NCBI RefSeq assembly: GCF_044324875.1
Contig: NZ_CP172185.1
Strand: one strand, 5' to 3'
Source of the DNA: Escherichia coli
GTDB taxonomy: Bacteria > Pseudomonadota > Gammaproteobacteria > Enterobacterales > Enterobacteriaceae
Length of the DNA: 64,000 bases
Shown here: one piece after another, positions 33,812-45,885 of the stretch
Layout: the number at the start of each line of letters is the position of its first letter
How positions within the stretch are numbered: the stretch's first letter is position 1
The notes under the pieces: generated by a model
What the model saw: only the letters and a program-made list of their open reading frames with translations
Database searches by the model: none
Told to the model about the DNA's origin: nothing
Program-made: the position numbers and the translations under genes

Positions 33812-34881
33812 GCCAGATCCTCATTGTTAAATGTCGGGTCGTTCGCCTGCGGAGCATCGCTCACTTCGGCAACCAGCGTATCGTTGGCGACTGGCGCAGG
33901 CGGAATGACTATCGATTCCGGCGTCACCACGGGCACCAGATGGCGGGTAAGCGGCGCTTTTTCAGTCAATAATTTACCGACCGTGGCGAGGAAATAACGC
34001 CCGCATAAACGCCCAAGTTTATAGTCTTCACGCAGCGCCGGAATCCGACTGCCAAGCGCGATACTATGTAATGGCTTCGGCGGATAAATTTCGAATATCC
34101 GCAGTTTGCCCGGTGGTTTCTCAATAAATTGCTGAATGTCACGATAGCTGGTTTCATGATGCTGCACCAGATTGACCAGCGGCTGCAGGCTACTGTCACC
34201 CAGCCAGCGTTCCATGCGTTTGAACCACTGCGGCGTGTAGTACATTTGTGACGGCACAGTGCGGATGACGACTAACGTTTTAGCGCCCTGCCTTGCCGCC
34301 TCTTTAACCGGGATCGCATCACTGATCCCACCATCCAGGTAGTTAATACCTTCCAGCGACACTCCGCTACGATAAAAGCCAGGTATCGCACTGGAGGCGC
34401 GAATCACATCCAGCCAGTTTTGTTTGGTTGGTAAAAAGTAATTCGGCGCATAGTCATCCTGACGACAGGCGCACATATAAAACGATTTGCCGCTGTCAAA
34501 CAACCGCGCGGCGGTATCCATTTGCAACGGCATCTGGCTTGCAGTGGCCTCCACCAGCCAGTCGAGATCGATAAGATTTCCTCCACGGACAAAGCGCAAT
34601 GGATCGAAAAATTCGCGTTTTGTGGTATAGCGCATGATGACTTTGCGCGCGTAACCGGGCTGATTGCAGATATACGCCGAGAGGTTCTGCGCCCCGGCAG
34701 ATGTGCCGAGATAAAGATCGAAAGGATTAAACTGCGCGCGCATAAACTCATCCAGCACGCCAGCCGTGAAAATTCCACGCTGTCCGCCGCCTTCGCACAC
34801 CAGAGCTATTCGTCCAGGCTGGAACGGCCTTAGCGACAACGGCGCAATATTACCAAGCGTTACAGGTATTCGCTGCCCCAC
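33808..34881 (-). CDS. yjjU: Patatin-like phospholipase
   Basis: ORF 33808..34917; GTG start at 34881 gives 357 aa; GGGQRG oxyanion motif and GTSAG nucleophile elbow. Confidence 0.88.
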
Positions 34882-35002
34882 CTCTGCCTTCCTGTTTTTG
34901 TTGTGAAAGAATGACAAAGTAACGCAATTTATTATTCGCTAAAACCGCAAAAGCCAGTCCGCTGGACTGGCTTTGGATAAAATTTTCTTAATGGTCTGAA
35001 AT

Positions 35003-35164
35003 CTAGGGTCGTTTTCGGCCCATGAACAAACTCACCAGGAACAGAATAATCCCGACGACAAAGACAATTTTAGCTGCGCCTGCAGCGGTACCGGCCAGAC
35101 CACCAAACCCAAGTGCGGCGGCGATTAACGCGATAACCAGAAATATGATGCCCCAACGAAACAT
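35003..35164 (-). CDS. ytjA: DUF1328 small membrane protein
   Basis: ORF 35003..35194; 53 aa from [53 protein letters not shown]. Confidence 0.8.
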
Positions 35165-35290
35165 AAGCGTCTCCTTTACCATAGTTAATGTCACCGCTTG
35201 ATATGAGCGTGAAAATCACTCAATGCGATATTTTTAGTGTGGTGCACATCGCGCCTCCCGACAAAGTTCGGGAGGACGAATTACGACGAA

Positions 35291-35896
35291 TTACTTAGTT
35301 TTCAGATCATTTTTAACGCTTTTCACACCATCTACCGCTTTGGCGATACTTTCAGCACGGTCGCTCTGTGCCTGGGAATCGACGGTACCGGAGAGCTGAA
35401 CCACGCCGTCGGTGGTTTCAACTTTCACATGACGGGAAGGGACGATATCGTCCGCCAGCAGTTTGGCTTTGATTTCACTGGTGGTGGCGGTGTCACCCGC
35501 GTAGCCCTTCACCGAGCCTTCTTTAGCGTCGCGAACGTGCAGTTTGTCGCTGACAGAGGTCACCCCTTCAACGCCTTTCGCCACTTTCACTGCCTCTTCG
35601 GCCTGAGCCTGGCTTTCAACGAAACCGCTCAGGGTCACGACTTTTTGATCGGTTTTGACAGAGATATCGGTGCTCTTGATGTTGTCATGATCCACCAGCG
35701 CCGCCTTCACTTTCGCGGTGATGGCGCTGTCATCCATGAAATTACCGACTTTATTCATAGAGCTATCGACTTTTTGCCCTGCGCTTTCATTGGTAGTCTG
35801 TGCGTTGTTTTCCGCGTAGGCAGAGCCGGTCGCGACGGCAGAGGTCAACATTACAGCCAGCAGAGTTTTCGAAATCTTCAGTCTTGTCATAGTCAT
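35291..35896 (-). CDS. osmY: Osmotically inducible periplasmic protein OsmY (two BON domains)
   Basis: ORF 35291..35974; 201 aa from [28 protein letters not shown]... Confidence 0.93.
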
Positions 35897-36288
35897 CGAT
35901 TTATTCCTGTATGTTTGCTCGTAATTTGAGCCTGGCAACACGAGGTTGCATTGCTGAATAGGGAGAGACTTCACCCTCTACAGAAGTCAATGGTCGCCAT
36001 CACAAAAGCGATGGGTGATAAATAACGACCATTACAGCCTCTGAATCAGTTATTAATATCGGTAGAATGACAATCGACGGCTTTAGATACTGATATCTAC
36101 GCATTGAACGGTATTTAACGCCGTCAGAAATGTCATTACTTTGTTAAATATAGATCACAATTTTGAAACCGCTCGGGATATCAGCGAAAACATAAGCAAA
36201 AGTGAATGTTTTAAGAACATTCCGTAAGCGGCTAATAAGGAAGGGAAATTGACAGGGCGCAGCGGCTACCGCGCCCTGGAGGCAAGAA

Positions 36289-37878
36289 TTAATGCTCGCG
36301 GGTCTGGTGGAACTGAACGTCCGGATAACGTTCCTGCGCCAGGCGCAGGTTTACCATGCTGGTAGCGATGTAAGCGAGGTTATCGCCGCCATCAAGCGCC
36401 AGTTGGCTTTCGTTCTTACGCTTGAACTCTTCGAATTTCTTCGCGTCCGCACATTCTACCCAGCGGGCAGTGGCAACGTTGACTGACTCATACACTGCTT
36501 CAACGTTGTATTCGCTCTTCAGGCGCGCTACCACCACATCAAACTGCAGCACACCAACCGCACCAACGATCAGATCGTTGTTGGAGATCGGACGGAACAC
36601 CTGCACTGCGCCCTCTTCGGAAAGCTGTACCAGCCCTTTAAGCAGCTGTTTTTGCTTCAGCGGATCTTTCAGGCGGATACGACGGAACAGTTCCGGCGCG
36701 AAGTTCGGAATACCGGTGAACTTCATCATCTCACCCTGGGTAAAGGTGTCGCCGATCTGAATAGTGCCGTGGTTATGCAGGCCGAGGATATCGCCCGGAT
36801 ACGCTTCTTCAACGTGCGAACGGTCACCCGCCATAAAGGTCAGCGCGTCGGAGATCACCACATCTTTCGCAGTACGCACCTGGCGCAGCTTCATGCCTTT
36901 TTCATATTTACCGGACACCACACGCATAAACGCCACGCGGTCGCGGTGTTTCGGGTCCATGTTGGCCTGAATTTTAAATACGAAGCCGGTAAATTTGTCT
37001 TCGCTCGCCTCTACGGTACGGGTATCAGTCTGACGCGGCATCGGCGCAGGGGCCCACTCCACCAGGCCATCCAGCATATGATCAACGCCGAAGTTACCCA
37101 GCGCAGTACCGAAGAATACCGGAGTGATTTCGCCCGCAAGGAACAGCTCTTTGTCGAACTCGTTAGACGCGCCTTTCACCAGTTCCAGTTCGTCACGTAG
37201 CTGCTGTGCCAGATCTTCACCAACCGCAGCGTCGAGATCCGGGTTATTCAGCCCTTTAACAATGCGGACTTCCTGAATCGTGTGGCCTTTACCGCTCTGA
37301 TAGAGATAGGTTTCATCTTTATAAAGGTGGTAAACGCCTTTAAACAGCTTGCCGCAGCCAATCGGCCAGGTGATCGGTGCGCAGCCGATTTTCAGCTCGT
37401 TCTCAACTTCATCGAGCAGCTCCATCGGGTCGCGGATATCACGGTCAAGTTTGTTCATAAAGGTGAGGATCGGCGTGTCGCGCAGACGGGTAACTTCCAT
37501 CAGCTTACGGGTACGATCTTCAACACCTTTTGCAGCGTCGATAACCATCAGGCAGCAGTCCACCGCCGTCAGGGTACGATAGGTATCTTCCGAGAAGTCT
37601 TCGTGCCCCGGGGTGTCGAGCAGGTTAACCAGGCAATCGTGATACGGAAACTGCATCACAGAAGTAGTAATGGAGATCCCACGCTGCTTTTCCATCTCCA
37701 TCCAGTCCGACTTAGCGTGCTGGTTGGAACCACGGCCTTTTACTGTACCGGCGGTCTGAATGGCCTGTCCGAACAGCAGCACCTTCTCGGTGATGGTAGT
37801 CTTACCGGCGTCCGGGTGAGAAATAATGGCAAAAGTGCGGCGCTTCGCCACCTCTTGCAAATAAGGAGACAACGTCAT
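36289..37878 (-). CDS. prfC: Peptide chain release factor 3
   Basis: ORF 36289..37905; 529 aa from [35 protein letters not shown]... (GTPase G1 motif). Confidence 0.96.
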
Positions 37879-37968
37879 AATTCTTTCTTCTTGAGTAAGC
37901 GGCATCGCGCCGCGCTTGTTGAAAACGAAAAATTGCGGCTATTTTACCCATCAACGGGGGGGAGGCAA

Positions 37969-38646
37969 TCAGTGTTTACACAGGAGCTGCTCCAGTTCGT
38001 GCAACGAAGAAACGGTCCAGGTGGGCGCGATGCCTTCTGGTTGCTCGCGATTGTGCGCATTCAGCCAGCAGGTCGCAAGCCCGGCGTTGATGCCACCGAG
38101 AATATCGGACTCGGCAGTGTCGCCAACCATCAGCACGCGTGAACGGTCAGGATTGCCCGCCTGTTCCAGCGCATAATCGAAAATTTTCTTATTCGGTTTG
38201 GCAACGCCAACTTCTTCGGAAATCACCAGCAAATCGAAATAATCACGCAGGCCCGTGCGTTCCAGACGCACTTGCTGCAAGGCGCTAAAGCCGTTGGTGA
38301 TGATGCCGATTTTGGCGTTGCCACGAATGGCGTTAAGCAGAGAAACCGCGCCCGGCAGCGGCGTACAGATTTCCGCCATCGCATTAATAAAGGCTTCGTT
38401 GAGTTTACCCGGCTCGACGTTCAGTCGTTCGGCCCAGCTCTCAAACCGCCCGTGCTGAAGCTGTAATGAAGTGATCGCGCCGTTTTGATAATCCACCCAC
38501 AGTGGCTTATTAACGGCCTGATAGTCCTGAAAATCTTCAGCGGTAAAGGTGACACTGTAATCAAGAAACATCCGCTGCAGGCCGGTGAATGAGTCAAAGG
38601 TAAACAGCGTTTCATCGGCATCAAAGAAAATCCAGTCCCACTTCAT
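37969..38646 (-). CDS. yjjG: HAD-family pyrimidine 5-prime-nucleotidase
   Basis: 225 aa; [15 protein letters not shown] (DxDxT HAD motif). Confidence 0.9.
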   Translation of the reverse strand: MKWDWIFFDADETLFTFDSFTGLQRMFLDYSVTFTAEDFQDYQAVNKPLWVDYQNGAITSLQLQHGRFESWAERLNVEPGKLNEAFINAMAEICTPLPGAVSLLNAIRGNAKIGIITNGFSALQQVRLERTGLRDYFDLLVISEEVGVAKPNKKIFDYALEQAGNPDRSRVLMVGDTAESDILGGINAGLATCWLNAHNREQPEGIAPTWTVSSLHELEQLLCKH

Positions 38647-38660
38647 TATTCCACCTTGTC

Positions 38661-39107
38661 TTACATACTGATTGGCAACGCCATGATGATGGCGTCTTCG
38701 CGACCGTCCGTGGTGGGGTAGTAATTGCGGCGAATCGTCGCCTCGTTAAAGCCTAAACTTTCGTACAGGGCAATGGCGGCAGCGTTTGAAGCACGGACTT
38801 CCAGCCATAGTGTCGCCACGCCGCGTTTTTCCAGTTCGTCGATCAGATGTTCCAGCAGCGCCCTTCCCAATCCCTGACGCTGATAGTCAGGATCGACCGC
38901 AATATTGAACAATGTAGCTTCATCCAGCACCACTTGCGTAATCGCAAACGCCGCCATTTTGCCGTTTTGCGTTAACTGAAAGTTGAGATAACGCTCGCCC
39001 TGGTTGCTGGCAAAGGTTTTTTCACTCCACGGAAAGGCGTGGGCGCGTTGTTCAATGTGGTAAGCCGCTGGTAAATCAGTCGTTTCGAGGGAAGAAATCG
39101 TGTTCAT
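38661..39107 (-). CDS. rimI: Ribosomal protein S18 alanine N-acetyltransferase
   Basis: 148 aa; GNAT motif [13 protein letters not shown]. Confidence 0.9.
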   Translation of the reverse strand: MNTISSLETTDLPAAYHIEQRAHAFPWSEKTFASNQGERYLNFQLTQNGKMAAFAITQVVLDEATLFNIAVDPDYQRQGLGRALLEHLIDELEKRGVATLWLEVRASNAAAIALYESLGFNEATIRRNYYPTTDGREDAIIMALPISM

Positions 39108-39489
39108 ATGTGCAAATTTGTTGCCATAACGCGGCGCGTGCCGTTGGGTTTGCCCGTAATTCGGTGAGCGCCGGTGATGCCACCTGAGCGCCTTCCAGTG
39201 ATAGCGGTTCGTCAGTACCCAACCGCCAGCTGTTGCAGCGACTGCCTTGTGGCAGCATCGAGATTTTTTCTGGCGTCAGTTGCAGCACTTGATCGGGGCT
39301 GACGGTTAATGCGCGCAGAACATCGCTCACCAGAGGATCAGTCAGGGCGGGAAGATCGTTTGCCACCATCACCAGACGGACGTGTGCCGGGATCGCAATG
39401 GCAATCTCCCCCTGCAACGCGCCAGGGCGACGCAGCGACCACTGGGTAATGCCCAGTTGCTGTAACTGCCAGTCTCGTCGGGATGTCAT
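39076..39489 (-). CDS. holD: DNA polymerase III psi subunit
   Basis: 137 aa; MTSRRDWQLQQLGITQWSLRRPGALQGEIAIAIP...; overlaps rimI start. Confidence 0.9.
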   Translation of the reverse strand: MTSRRDWQLQQLGITQWSLRRPGALQGEIAIAIPAHVRLVMVANDLPALTDPLVSDVLRALTVSPDQVLQLTPEKISMLPQGSRCNSWRLGTDEPLSLEGAQVASPALTELRANPTARAALWQQICTYEHDFFPRND

Positions 39490-39591
39490 AGCGAATCGCT
39501 CCTGTTGTCAGGGGCGCAAATATAGCAAATTCGTCGATACCGCGCCAACATATGGCTATAATCGCCGCCAGTATCAATTGAGGAGCATTCC

Positions 39592-40623
39592 ATGTCTGCA
39601 TTTACCCCGGCAAGTGAAGTCTTGCTGCGTCACAGTGATGATTTCGAACAAAGCCGTATTCTGTTTGCCGGAGACTTACAGGATGACCTGCCCGCGCGTT
39701 TAGATACCGCGGCCAGCCGTGCTCATACCCAGCAATTCCACCATTGGCAGGTGTTAAGCCGCCAGATGGGGGATAACGCCCGTTTTAGTCTGGTCGCAAC
39801 GGCAGATGACGTCGCAGATTGCGATACGCTGATCTACTACTGGCCGAAGAATAAACCGGAAGCCCAGTTCCAGTTGATGAATTTACTTTCTCTGCTGCCG
39901 GTGGGCACGGATATTTTTGTCGTTGGCGAGAACCGCAGCGGCGTGCGCAGCGCCGAACAGATGCTGGCAGATTATGCGCCGTTGAATAAAGTCGACAGCG
40001 CCCGTCGCTGCGGCCTCTATTTTGGCCGTCTGGAAAAACAGCCGGAATTTGATGCGGATAAATTCTGGGGCGAATATAACGTGGATGGCCTGACGGTCAA
40101 AACGCTGCCGGGCGTGTTTAGCCGCGACGGTCTGGATGTCGGTAGCCAGTTACTGCTCTCGACGTTAACTCCGCACACGAAAGGTAAAGTACTGGATGTC
40201 GGCTGTGGCGCGGGCGTGCTTTCTGTTGCCTTTGCGCGCCATTCACCGAAAATTCGTCTCACTCTGTGCGATGTCTCTGCGCCAGCGGTAGAAGCCAGCC
40301 GCGCAACACTTGCGGCCAACGGTGTTGAAGGTGAAGTCTTTGCCAGTAACGTCTTTTCCGAGGTGAAAGGTCGTTTTGATATGATCATCTCCAACCCGCC
40401 GTTCCACGATGGGATGCAAACCAGCCTCGATGCGGCGCAAACGCTGATTCGCGGCGCGGTGCGTCATCTTAATAGCGGCGGCGAGCTGCGAATTGTAGCG
40501 AACGCCTTCCTGCCTTACCCGGACGTGCTGGATGAGACATTTGGCTTCCACGAAGTGATCGCGCAAACCGGGCGCTTCAAGGTGTATCGCGCCATTATGA
40601 CCCGCCAGGCGAAGAAAGGTTAA
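39592..40623 (+). CDS. rsmC: 16S rRNA (guanine1207-N2)-methyltransferase
   Basis: 343 aa; SAM-binding [10 protein letters not shown] and NPPFH catalytic motif. Confidence 0.93.
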   Translation: MSAFTPASEVLLRHSDDFEQSRILFAGDLQDDLPARLDTAASRAHTQQFHHWQVLSRQMGDNARFSLVATADDVADCDTLIYYWPKNKPEAQFQLMNLLSLLPVGTDIFVVGENRSGVRSAEQMLADYAPLNKVDSARRCGLYFGRLEKQPEFDADKFWGEYNVDGLTVKTLPGVFSRDGLDVGSQLLLSTLTPHTKGKVLDVGCGAGVLSVAFARHSPKIRLTLCDVSAPAVEASRATLAANGVEGEVFASNVFSEVKGRFDMIISNPPFHDGMQTSLDAAQTLIRGAVRHLNSGGELRIVANAFLPYPDVLDETFGFHEVIAQTGRFKVYRAIMTRQAKKG

Positions 40624-40880
<257 letters not shown>

Positions 40881-41001
40881 GTTTCCTGATGGCCATTTTT
40901 CCAGCAATTACACCTCCGGCGATAATTAACTATTGACGAAAAGCTGAAAACCACTAGAATGCGCCTCCGTGGTAGCAATTCTTTTTAAGAATTGATGGTA
41001 T

Positions 41002-41088
41002 GCGAAGGTGGCGGAATTGGTAGACGCGCTAGCTTCAGGTGTTAGTGTCCTTACGGACGTGGGGGTTCAAGTCCCCCCCCTCGCACCA
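41002..41088 (+). tRNA. leuQ: tRNA-Leu (anticodon CAG), copy 1
   Basis: GCGAAGGTGGCGGAATTGGTAGACGCGCTAGCTTCAGGTGTTAGTGTCCTTACGGACGTGGGGGTTCAAGTCCCCCCCCTCGCACCA; cloverleaf with long variable arm. Confidence 0.93.
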
Positions 41089-41116
41089 AAAACCACGTTG
41101 ATATTGCTCGCACTGG

Positions 41117-41203
41117 GCGAAGGTGGCGGAATTGGTAGACGCGCTAGCTTCAGGTGTTAGTGTTCTTACGGACGTGGGGGTTCAAGTCCCCCCCCTCGCA
41201 CCA
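41117..41203 (+). tRNA. leuP: tRNA-Leu (CAG), copy 2, with C-to-T change in variable arm
   Basis: Identical to copy 1 except GTGTTCTTACGG for GTGTCCTTACGG. Confidence 0.9.
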
Positions 41204-41237
41204 AACGAGGCGATATCAAAAAAAGTAAGACGACTGT

Positions 41238-41324
41238 GCGAAGGTGGCGGAATTGGTAGACGCGCTAGCTTCAGGTGTTAGTGTCCTTACGGACGTGGGG
41301 GTTCAAGTTCCCCCCCTCGCACCA
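41238..41324 (+). tRNA. leuV: tRNA-Leu (CAG), copy 3, with C-to-T change in T-stem
   Basis: Identical to copy 1 except TTCAAGTTCCCC for TTCAAGTCCCCC (G-U wobble in T-stem). Confidence 0.9.
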
Positions 41325-41362
41325 ATTATCTTTACTTCCTTTCTTGTTTCTTCCCTGATTTT

Positions 41363-41599
41363 TCATCCCTGATTCAAATTCATTATCATCAGCATGATGC
41401 CAGCAATAAGCGCCAGGCACGATGGCAGCAAAACGTAATGCCGCAACTGTTTGTGATACAGCATCACCGGCGTCAATATTAATCCCATCAGAATGACAAT
41501 CCGCCACTGATCCGGCGATAAATCCGCATACATCAGCCCTGCAATCAGCAATCCCGGCAGCAACACTCCCCAGCCACTGCCCAGCGTACGTTGCAACAT
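41363..41599 (-). CDS. yjjZ: Small membrane protein YjjZ (78 aa)
   Basis: ORF 41363..41710; 78 aa from MLQRTLGSGWGVLLPGLLIAGLMYADLSPDQWRIVILMGLILTPVMLYHKQLRHYVLLPSCLALIAGIMLMIMNLNQG. Confidence 0.7.
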   Translation of the reverse strand: MLQRTLGSGWGVLLPGLLIAGLMYADLSPDQWRIVILMGLILTPVMLYHKQLRHYVLLPSCLALIAGIMLMIMNLNQG

Positions 41600-41616
41600 G
41601 GTTTCATCTCTTTCAT

Positions 41617-41722
41617 TGATAATGATAACTAATATCATATGATAATTTTTATCATTTGCAAGCCAGAGAAATCCCTTGCTATCGGGTAAACCTATCGCTA
41701 GGATTAGCAATCATTATCATTT
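41617..41722. promoter_or_regulatory. Fur-box cluster in the yjjZ-fhuF divergent promoter region
   Basis: tgataatgataactaatatcat, atgataatttttatcatt and gcaatcattatcattt match GATAATGATAATCATTATC. Confidence 0.65.
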
Positions 41723-41739
41723 AGATTACTATCCCGATT

Positions 41740-42528
41740 ATGGCCTATCGTTCCGCACCGCTCTATGAAGATGTTATCTGGCGAACGCATCTCCAGCCGC
41801 AGGATGCTGGGCTTGCACAAGCCATACGGGCGACGATCGCCGAACATCGTGAACATTTGCTCGAGTTTATCCGCCTGGATGAACCCGCTCCGCTTAACGC
41901 CATGACGCTGGCGCAATGGTCATCAACGAATGCGCTAAGTTCTCTACTGGCGGTCTATTCCGATCATATCTATCGCAACCAACCAACGATGATCCGCGAG
42001 AACAAACCGCTGATCTCACTATGGGCGCAATGGTATATCGGCCTGATGGTGCCACCATTAATGTTGGCGCTGCTGACGCAGGAAAAAGCATTAGATGTGT
42101 CGCCGGAACATTTCCACGTTGAGTTTCACGAAACCGGACGCGCCGCCTGTTTCTGGGTCGATGTGTGTGAAGATAAAAACGCAACACTACATTCGCCGCA
42201 GCAGCGAATGGAAACGTTAATCAGTCAGGCGCTGGTTCCGGTAGTGCAGGCATTAGAAGCAACGGGAGAGATCAACGGCAAACTTATCTGGAGCAATACC
42301 GGTTATTTGATCAACTGGTATCTGACTGAGATGAAACAGCTGCTTGGCGAGGCGGCGGTTGAATCGCTGCGCCATGCCCTCTTTTTTGAGAAAATGCTCA
42401 CGAACGGTGAAGATAATCCACTCTGGCGTACCGTGGTACTGCGCGACGGCCTGCTGGTGCGCCGCACTTGCTGCCAGCGTTATCGCTTACCGGATGTGCA
42501 GCAATGTGGCGATTGTACGCTGAAATGA
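41740..42528 (+). CDS. fhuF: Ferric-siderophore reductase FhuF (2Fe-2S, C-terminal Cys cluster)
   Basis: 262 aa; C-terminal CCQRYRLPDVQQCGDC. Confidence 0.93.
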   Translation: MAYRSAPLYEDVIWRTHLQPQDAGLAQAIRATIAEHREHLLEFIRLDEPAPLNAMTLAQWSSTNALSSLLAVYSDHIYRNQPTMIRENKPLISLWAQWYIGLMVPPLMLALLTQEKALDVSPEHFHVEFHETGRAACFWVDVCEDKNATLHSPQQRMETLISQALVPVVQALEATGEINGKLIWSNTGYLINWYLTEMKQLLGEAAVESLRHALFFEKMLTNGEDNPLWRTVVLRDGLLVRRTCCQRYRLPDVQQCGDCTLK

Positions 42529-42565
42529 AAGCACTGCCGGGGAAGTAAACCCGGCATCATGCGGA

Positions 42566-43243
42566 TTAATAGGGATGCAACACATTACTTGCTTCGCAAT
42601 GCCGCATACATAACAGAATATCTGCGGCCTCCAACAACCCTGCATCAGAACTGACGCCCAGTTTCGACATCACATTAAATTTATGTGCACGGATCGTTTT
42701 GATATTGCGTTTAAGCTGCTCGGCAATTTGTGTCATTGAGTAGCCACGCGACATAAAGCGCAATATTTCTCTCTCCGTCGGGCTTAGCGTTCGGCTTTGA
42801 TTAATGTACCACTGATTGTTCAGTCGGTCGGTCGCCTGACGTACACCATTTAATGACAAAAAGAGTTCCTGATGAAAAATCTCCAGCGTTGACGCTTTAC
42901 TTAATACACCGTCCAGCGGTGATGGCGACAATGAACCAATCAGCCGAGCTTCAATATCATCATCCGCAATAACTAAACGCCGGGTACGCGGAAACTTAAT
43001 CGCCAGTTCAGTCAGGCAAGATAATCCCTCTCTGCGCTCACTTCTCATGGCAGAAAAAGAAAAAATGACCGCCGCAAACGAGATCCGCGACATGGCATCC
43101 TGAAATGACTCCTGACTGGTATAGGTATGGAGCTTATAAGGGTTACCCGCAAACTTTCTGAATAAACTCTCAATACCGATACTACTCATGACGCATTTTT
43201 CTATGAGTGCGACATTTCTCTTCTTAATTCGGCTGTGTTCCAT
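42566..43243 (-). CDS. bglJ: LuxR-family transcriptional regulator BglJ
   Basis: 225 aa; C-terminal LuxR HTH ([25 protein letters not shown]); start may be at a downstream Met since the ORF overlaps yjjQ by 43 nt. Confidence 0.85.
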
Positions 43244-43926
43244 TCTGCGGCATCTCCATAAACAGAAGGCAAGTTAAGTTCTCTTGCACCCTGCGCGCTA
43301 TTTATCCATGCATACATTTCAGCGTTGCTGTGAATTGCCAGTCGACGCATCGCACTGTTTTTTTGGGCGCTGATAGTTTTATTACTTTTCTTAAGCAATG
43401 AAGCTATCTGGTTGATGCCCCATCCTTTACCTAATAGCCGCAGTACCTTGCGCTCTGAAAGAGTGAGAATGACGGAGCGATAGCTAAAATCATGAGTTTC
43501 AGTCATTGCCGGAGAGGTCAGCATGGCGCTGATACGCTCTGCGTGCGTATTACCGGAACGTACGGTCTTGACCAGATTCTCAATGGGTTCAACATCAGAC
43601 AATAACGTCGCCGTAGGGCACATGAGCAATTCTACTGCCTGGGAATACCAGGATCGTGACACCATGAAAACCCAGTGAATTTCCCGATATTGTGAGATTA
43701 AAGAATAATAATGTTCACAAACAGAACGTGGATCTTCACTTTCACCGGCTAAATCAGCAATGACTAATCCGGAACGACGTAATTGTAATAAGGTAAGGTC
43801 CTCCGCAGAGGCGCTGGATATTATTTCATATTCAGGGAAGTGAGTCCTCATGACCTCTTTTAACCCTGCTTGCATAACAGGTATTTTACTGATAACAATT
43901 CCATTTTTGCAGCATCCTGGCAACAT
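43201..43926 (-). CDS. yjjQ: LuxR-family transcriptional regulator YjjQ
   Basis: 241 aa; C-terminal LuxR HTH ([23 protein letters not shown]). Confidence 0.88.
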
Positions 43927-44544
43927 ATTTCCTCCACATCCACTGTCTAAAAATTATGATGGTTTATTCAGGATATTCATTCCTTAAATGTTTCCAGCAA
44001 ATTAATAGATTAAGCGAATAAATTATCCTTAGCATTCACTTTCATATCAGCATACTCCTGCTGCACAACAACTCCACTGCATGTGTCAGAAGGTTAGCAT
44101 CAAATGATAACCTGGTGAAATAGCCTGGAGACATTTAAAATATCTACATTAAGTTGTTAGAAATACTTAATGAAAAACAGAATTCTCATTCATTTAATTT
44201 ATAATTAACTGATATCCCTTCCAGTAGAATGCAAAATCACACAATCAATATTTATTCAATAAAATCTGATAGTTTTAACTTGTAAAAATTAAAAAACGCG
44301 CCCAGTTATCTTTTATCCTGATTCGTAAAGGCTAAACAATAAATTTATTATAGTGATAATATTCATGTGATAATTTGTTTGCGGCGAGAGATAATTCGCT
44401 TTTTATCACCGAGCTTCTCCCGATAACCAGGATTAATCAGCGCAATTTTGATCTTAACCTACCGCAAAACAACCGTGCTTCATGATACAAATGGATTCTC
44501 ATTATCTGAACAATACGCAGCACGTCTATGACAAAGGGCGAGTT

Positions 44545-45315
44545 ATGCAAACTGAGCAACAGCGAGCCGTAACACGGCTTTGTATCCAGTGTGGATTATT
44601 TCTTTTGCAACATGGTGCGGAAAGCGCGTTGGTTGATGAGCTTTCCTCACGACTGGGTCGGGCGTTGGGGATGGACAGCGTCGAAAGTTCTATCTCTTCG
44701 AACGCCATAGTGCTGACAACCATTAAAGATGGGCAATGCCTGACATCGACACGTAAAAATCAAGATCGCGGCATTAATATGCATGTGGTGACTGAAGTCC
44801 AGCACATTGTGATTCTGGCGGAGCACCATCTGCTGGATTACAAAGGCGTAGAGAAACGATTTAGCCAAATTCAGCCATTACGTTACCCAAGATGGCTGGT
44901 AGCCTTAATGGTTGGCCTTTCTTGTGCCTGTTTCTGTAAACTCAATAAAGGTGGCTGGGATGGTGCCGTCATCACCTTCTTTGCCAGTACGGTCGCGATG
45001 TATATCCGCCAGCTGCTGGCACAACGTCATCTTCATCCACAAATCAACTTTTGCCTCACCGCTTTCGCCGCCACCACCATTTCCGGTTTGCTTTTGCAAC
45101 TCCCCACTTTCAGCAATACCCCCACCATTGCGATGGCCGCCAGCGTTCTGCTGCTGGTGCCGGGCTTTCCGTTGATTAATGCCGTCGCCGATATGTTTAA
45201 AGGCCACATCAATACCGGACTGGCACGCTGGGCGATCGCCAGTCTGCTGACACTGGCTACCTGCGTCGGCGTAGTGATGGCACTGACGATTTGGGGGCTA
45301 CGCGGATGGGTGTGA
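44545..45315 (+). CDS. yjjP: Membrane protein YjjP (succinate exporter subunit)
   Basis: ORF 44482..45315; 256 aa from [30 protein letters not shown]... Confidence 0.85.
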
Positions 45316-45779
45316 TCGAATTTCTGTTAGCGTTGGCGCAGGATATGATCCTCGCCGCCATTCCTGCGGTCGGCTTTGCGATGGTGTTCAACGTTCCCGT
45401 TCGGGCGTTACGCTGGTGTGCGCTGCTTGGCTCGATAGGTCATGGTTCCCGAATGATCTTAATGACCAGCGGGCTGAATATTGAGTGGTCAACTTTTATG
45501 GCTTCTATGCTGGTCGGCACCATTGGTATTCAATGGTCGCGCTGGTATCTGGCGCATCCGAAAGTGTTTACCGTGGCGGCCGTTATCCCTATGTTCCCGG
45601 GCATATCGGCTTATACCGCAATGATTTCGGCGGTAAAAATCAGCCAGTTAGGTTACAGCGAACCGTTGATGATTACCCTGTTAACCAACTTTCTTACAGC
45701 TTCATCGATTGTTGGTGCGTTATCCATCGGTCTTTCCATTCCTGGATTATGGTTGTACCGCAAGCGCCCTCGCGTATAA
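45306..45779 (+). CDS. yjjB: Membrane protein YjjB (succinate exporter subunit)
   Basis: ORF 45291..45779; 157 aa from [31 protein letters not shown]... Confidence 0.85.
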
Positions 45780-45885
45780 AATTGCCTCGCTTAAGCACAC
45801 GGATGAGAGACAGCCTCCTCTCCTCCGTGTGTTACTATAAAAGTTATCTCCCTTCTCGTTCATCGTTCCATATTTGAGAAACAGT

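Noticed and set aside
41002-41340. tRNA-Leu cluster as an integration site for a mobile element or prophage
   Set aside because: No integrase, transposase or direct-repeat duplication of a tRNA 3-prime end is seen in the flanks; the neighbouring genes are the conserved yjjZ and fhuF.
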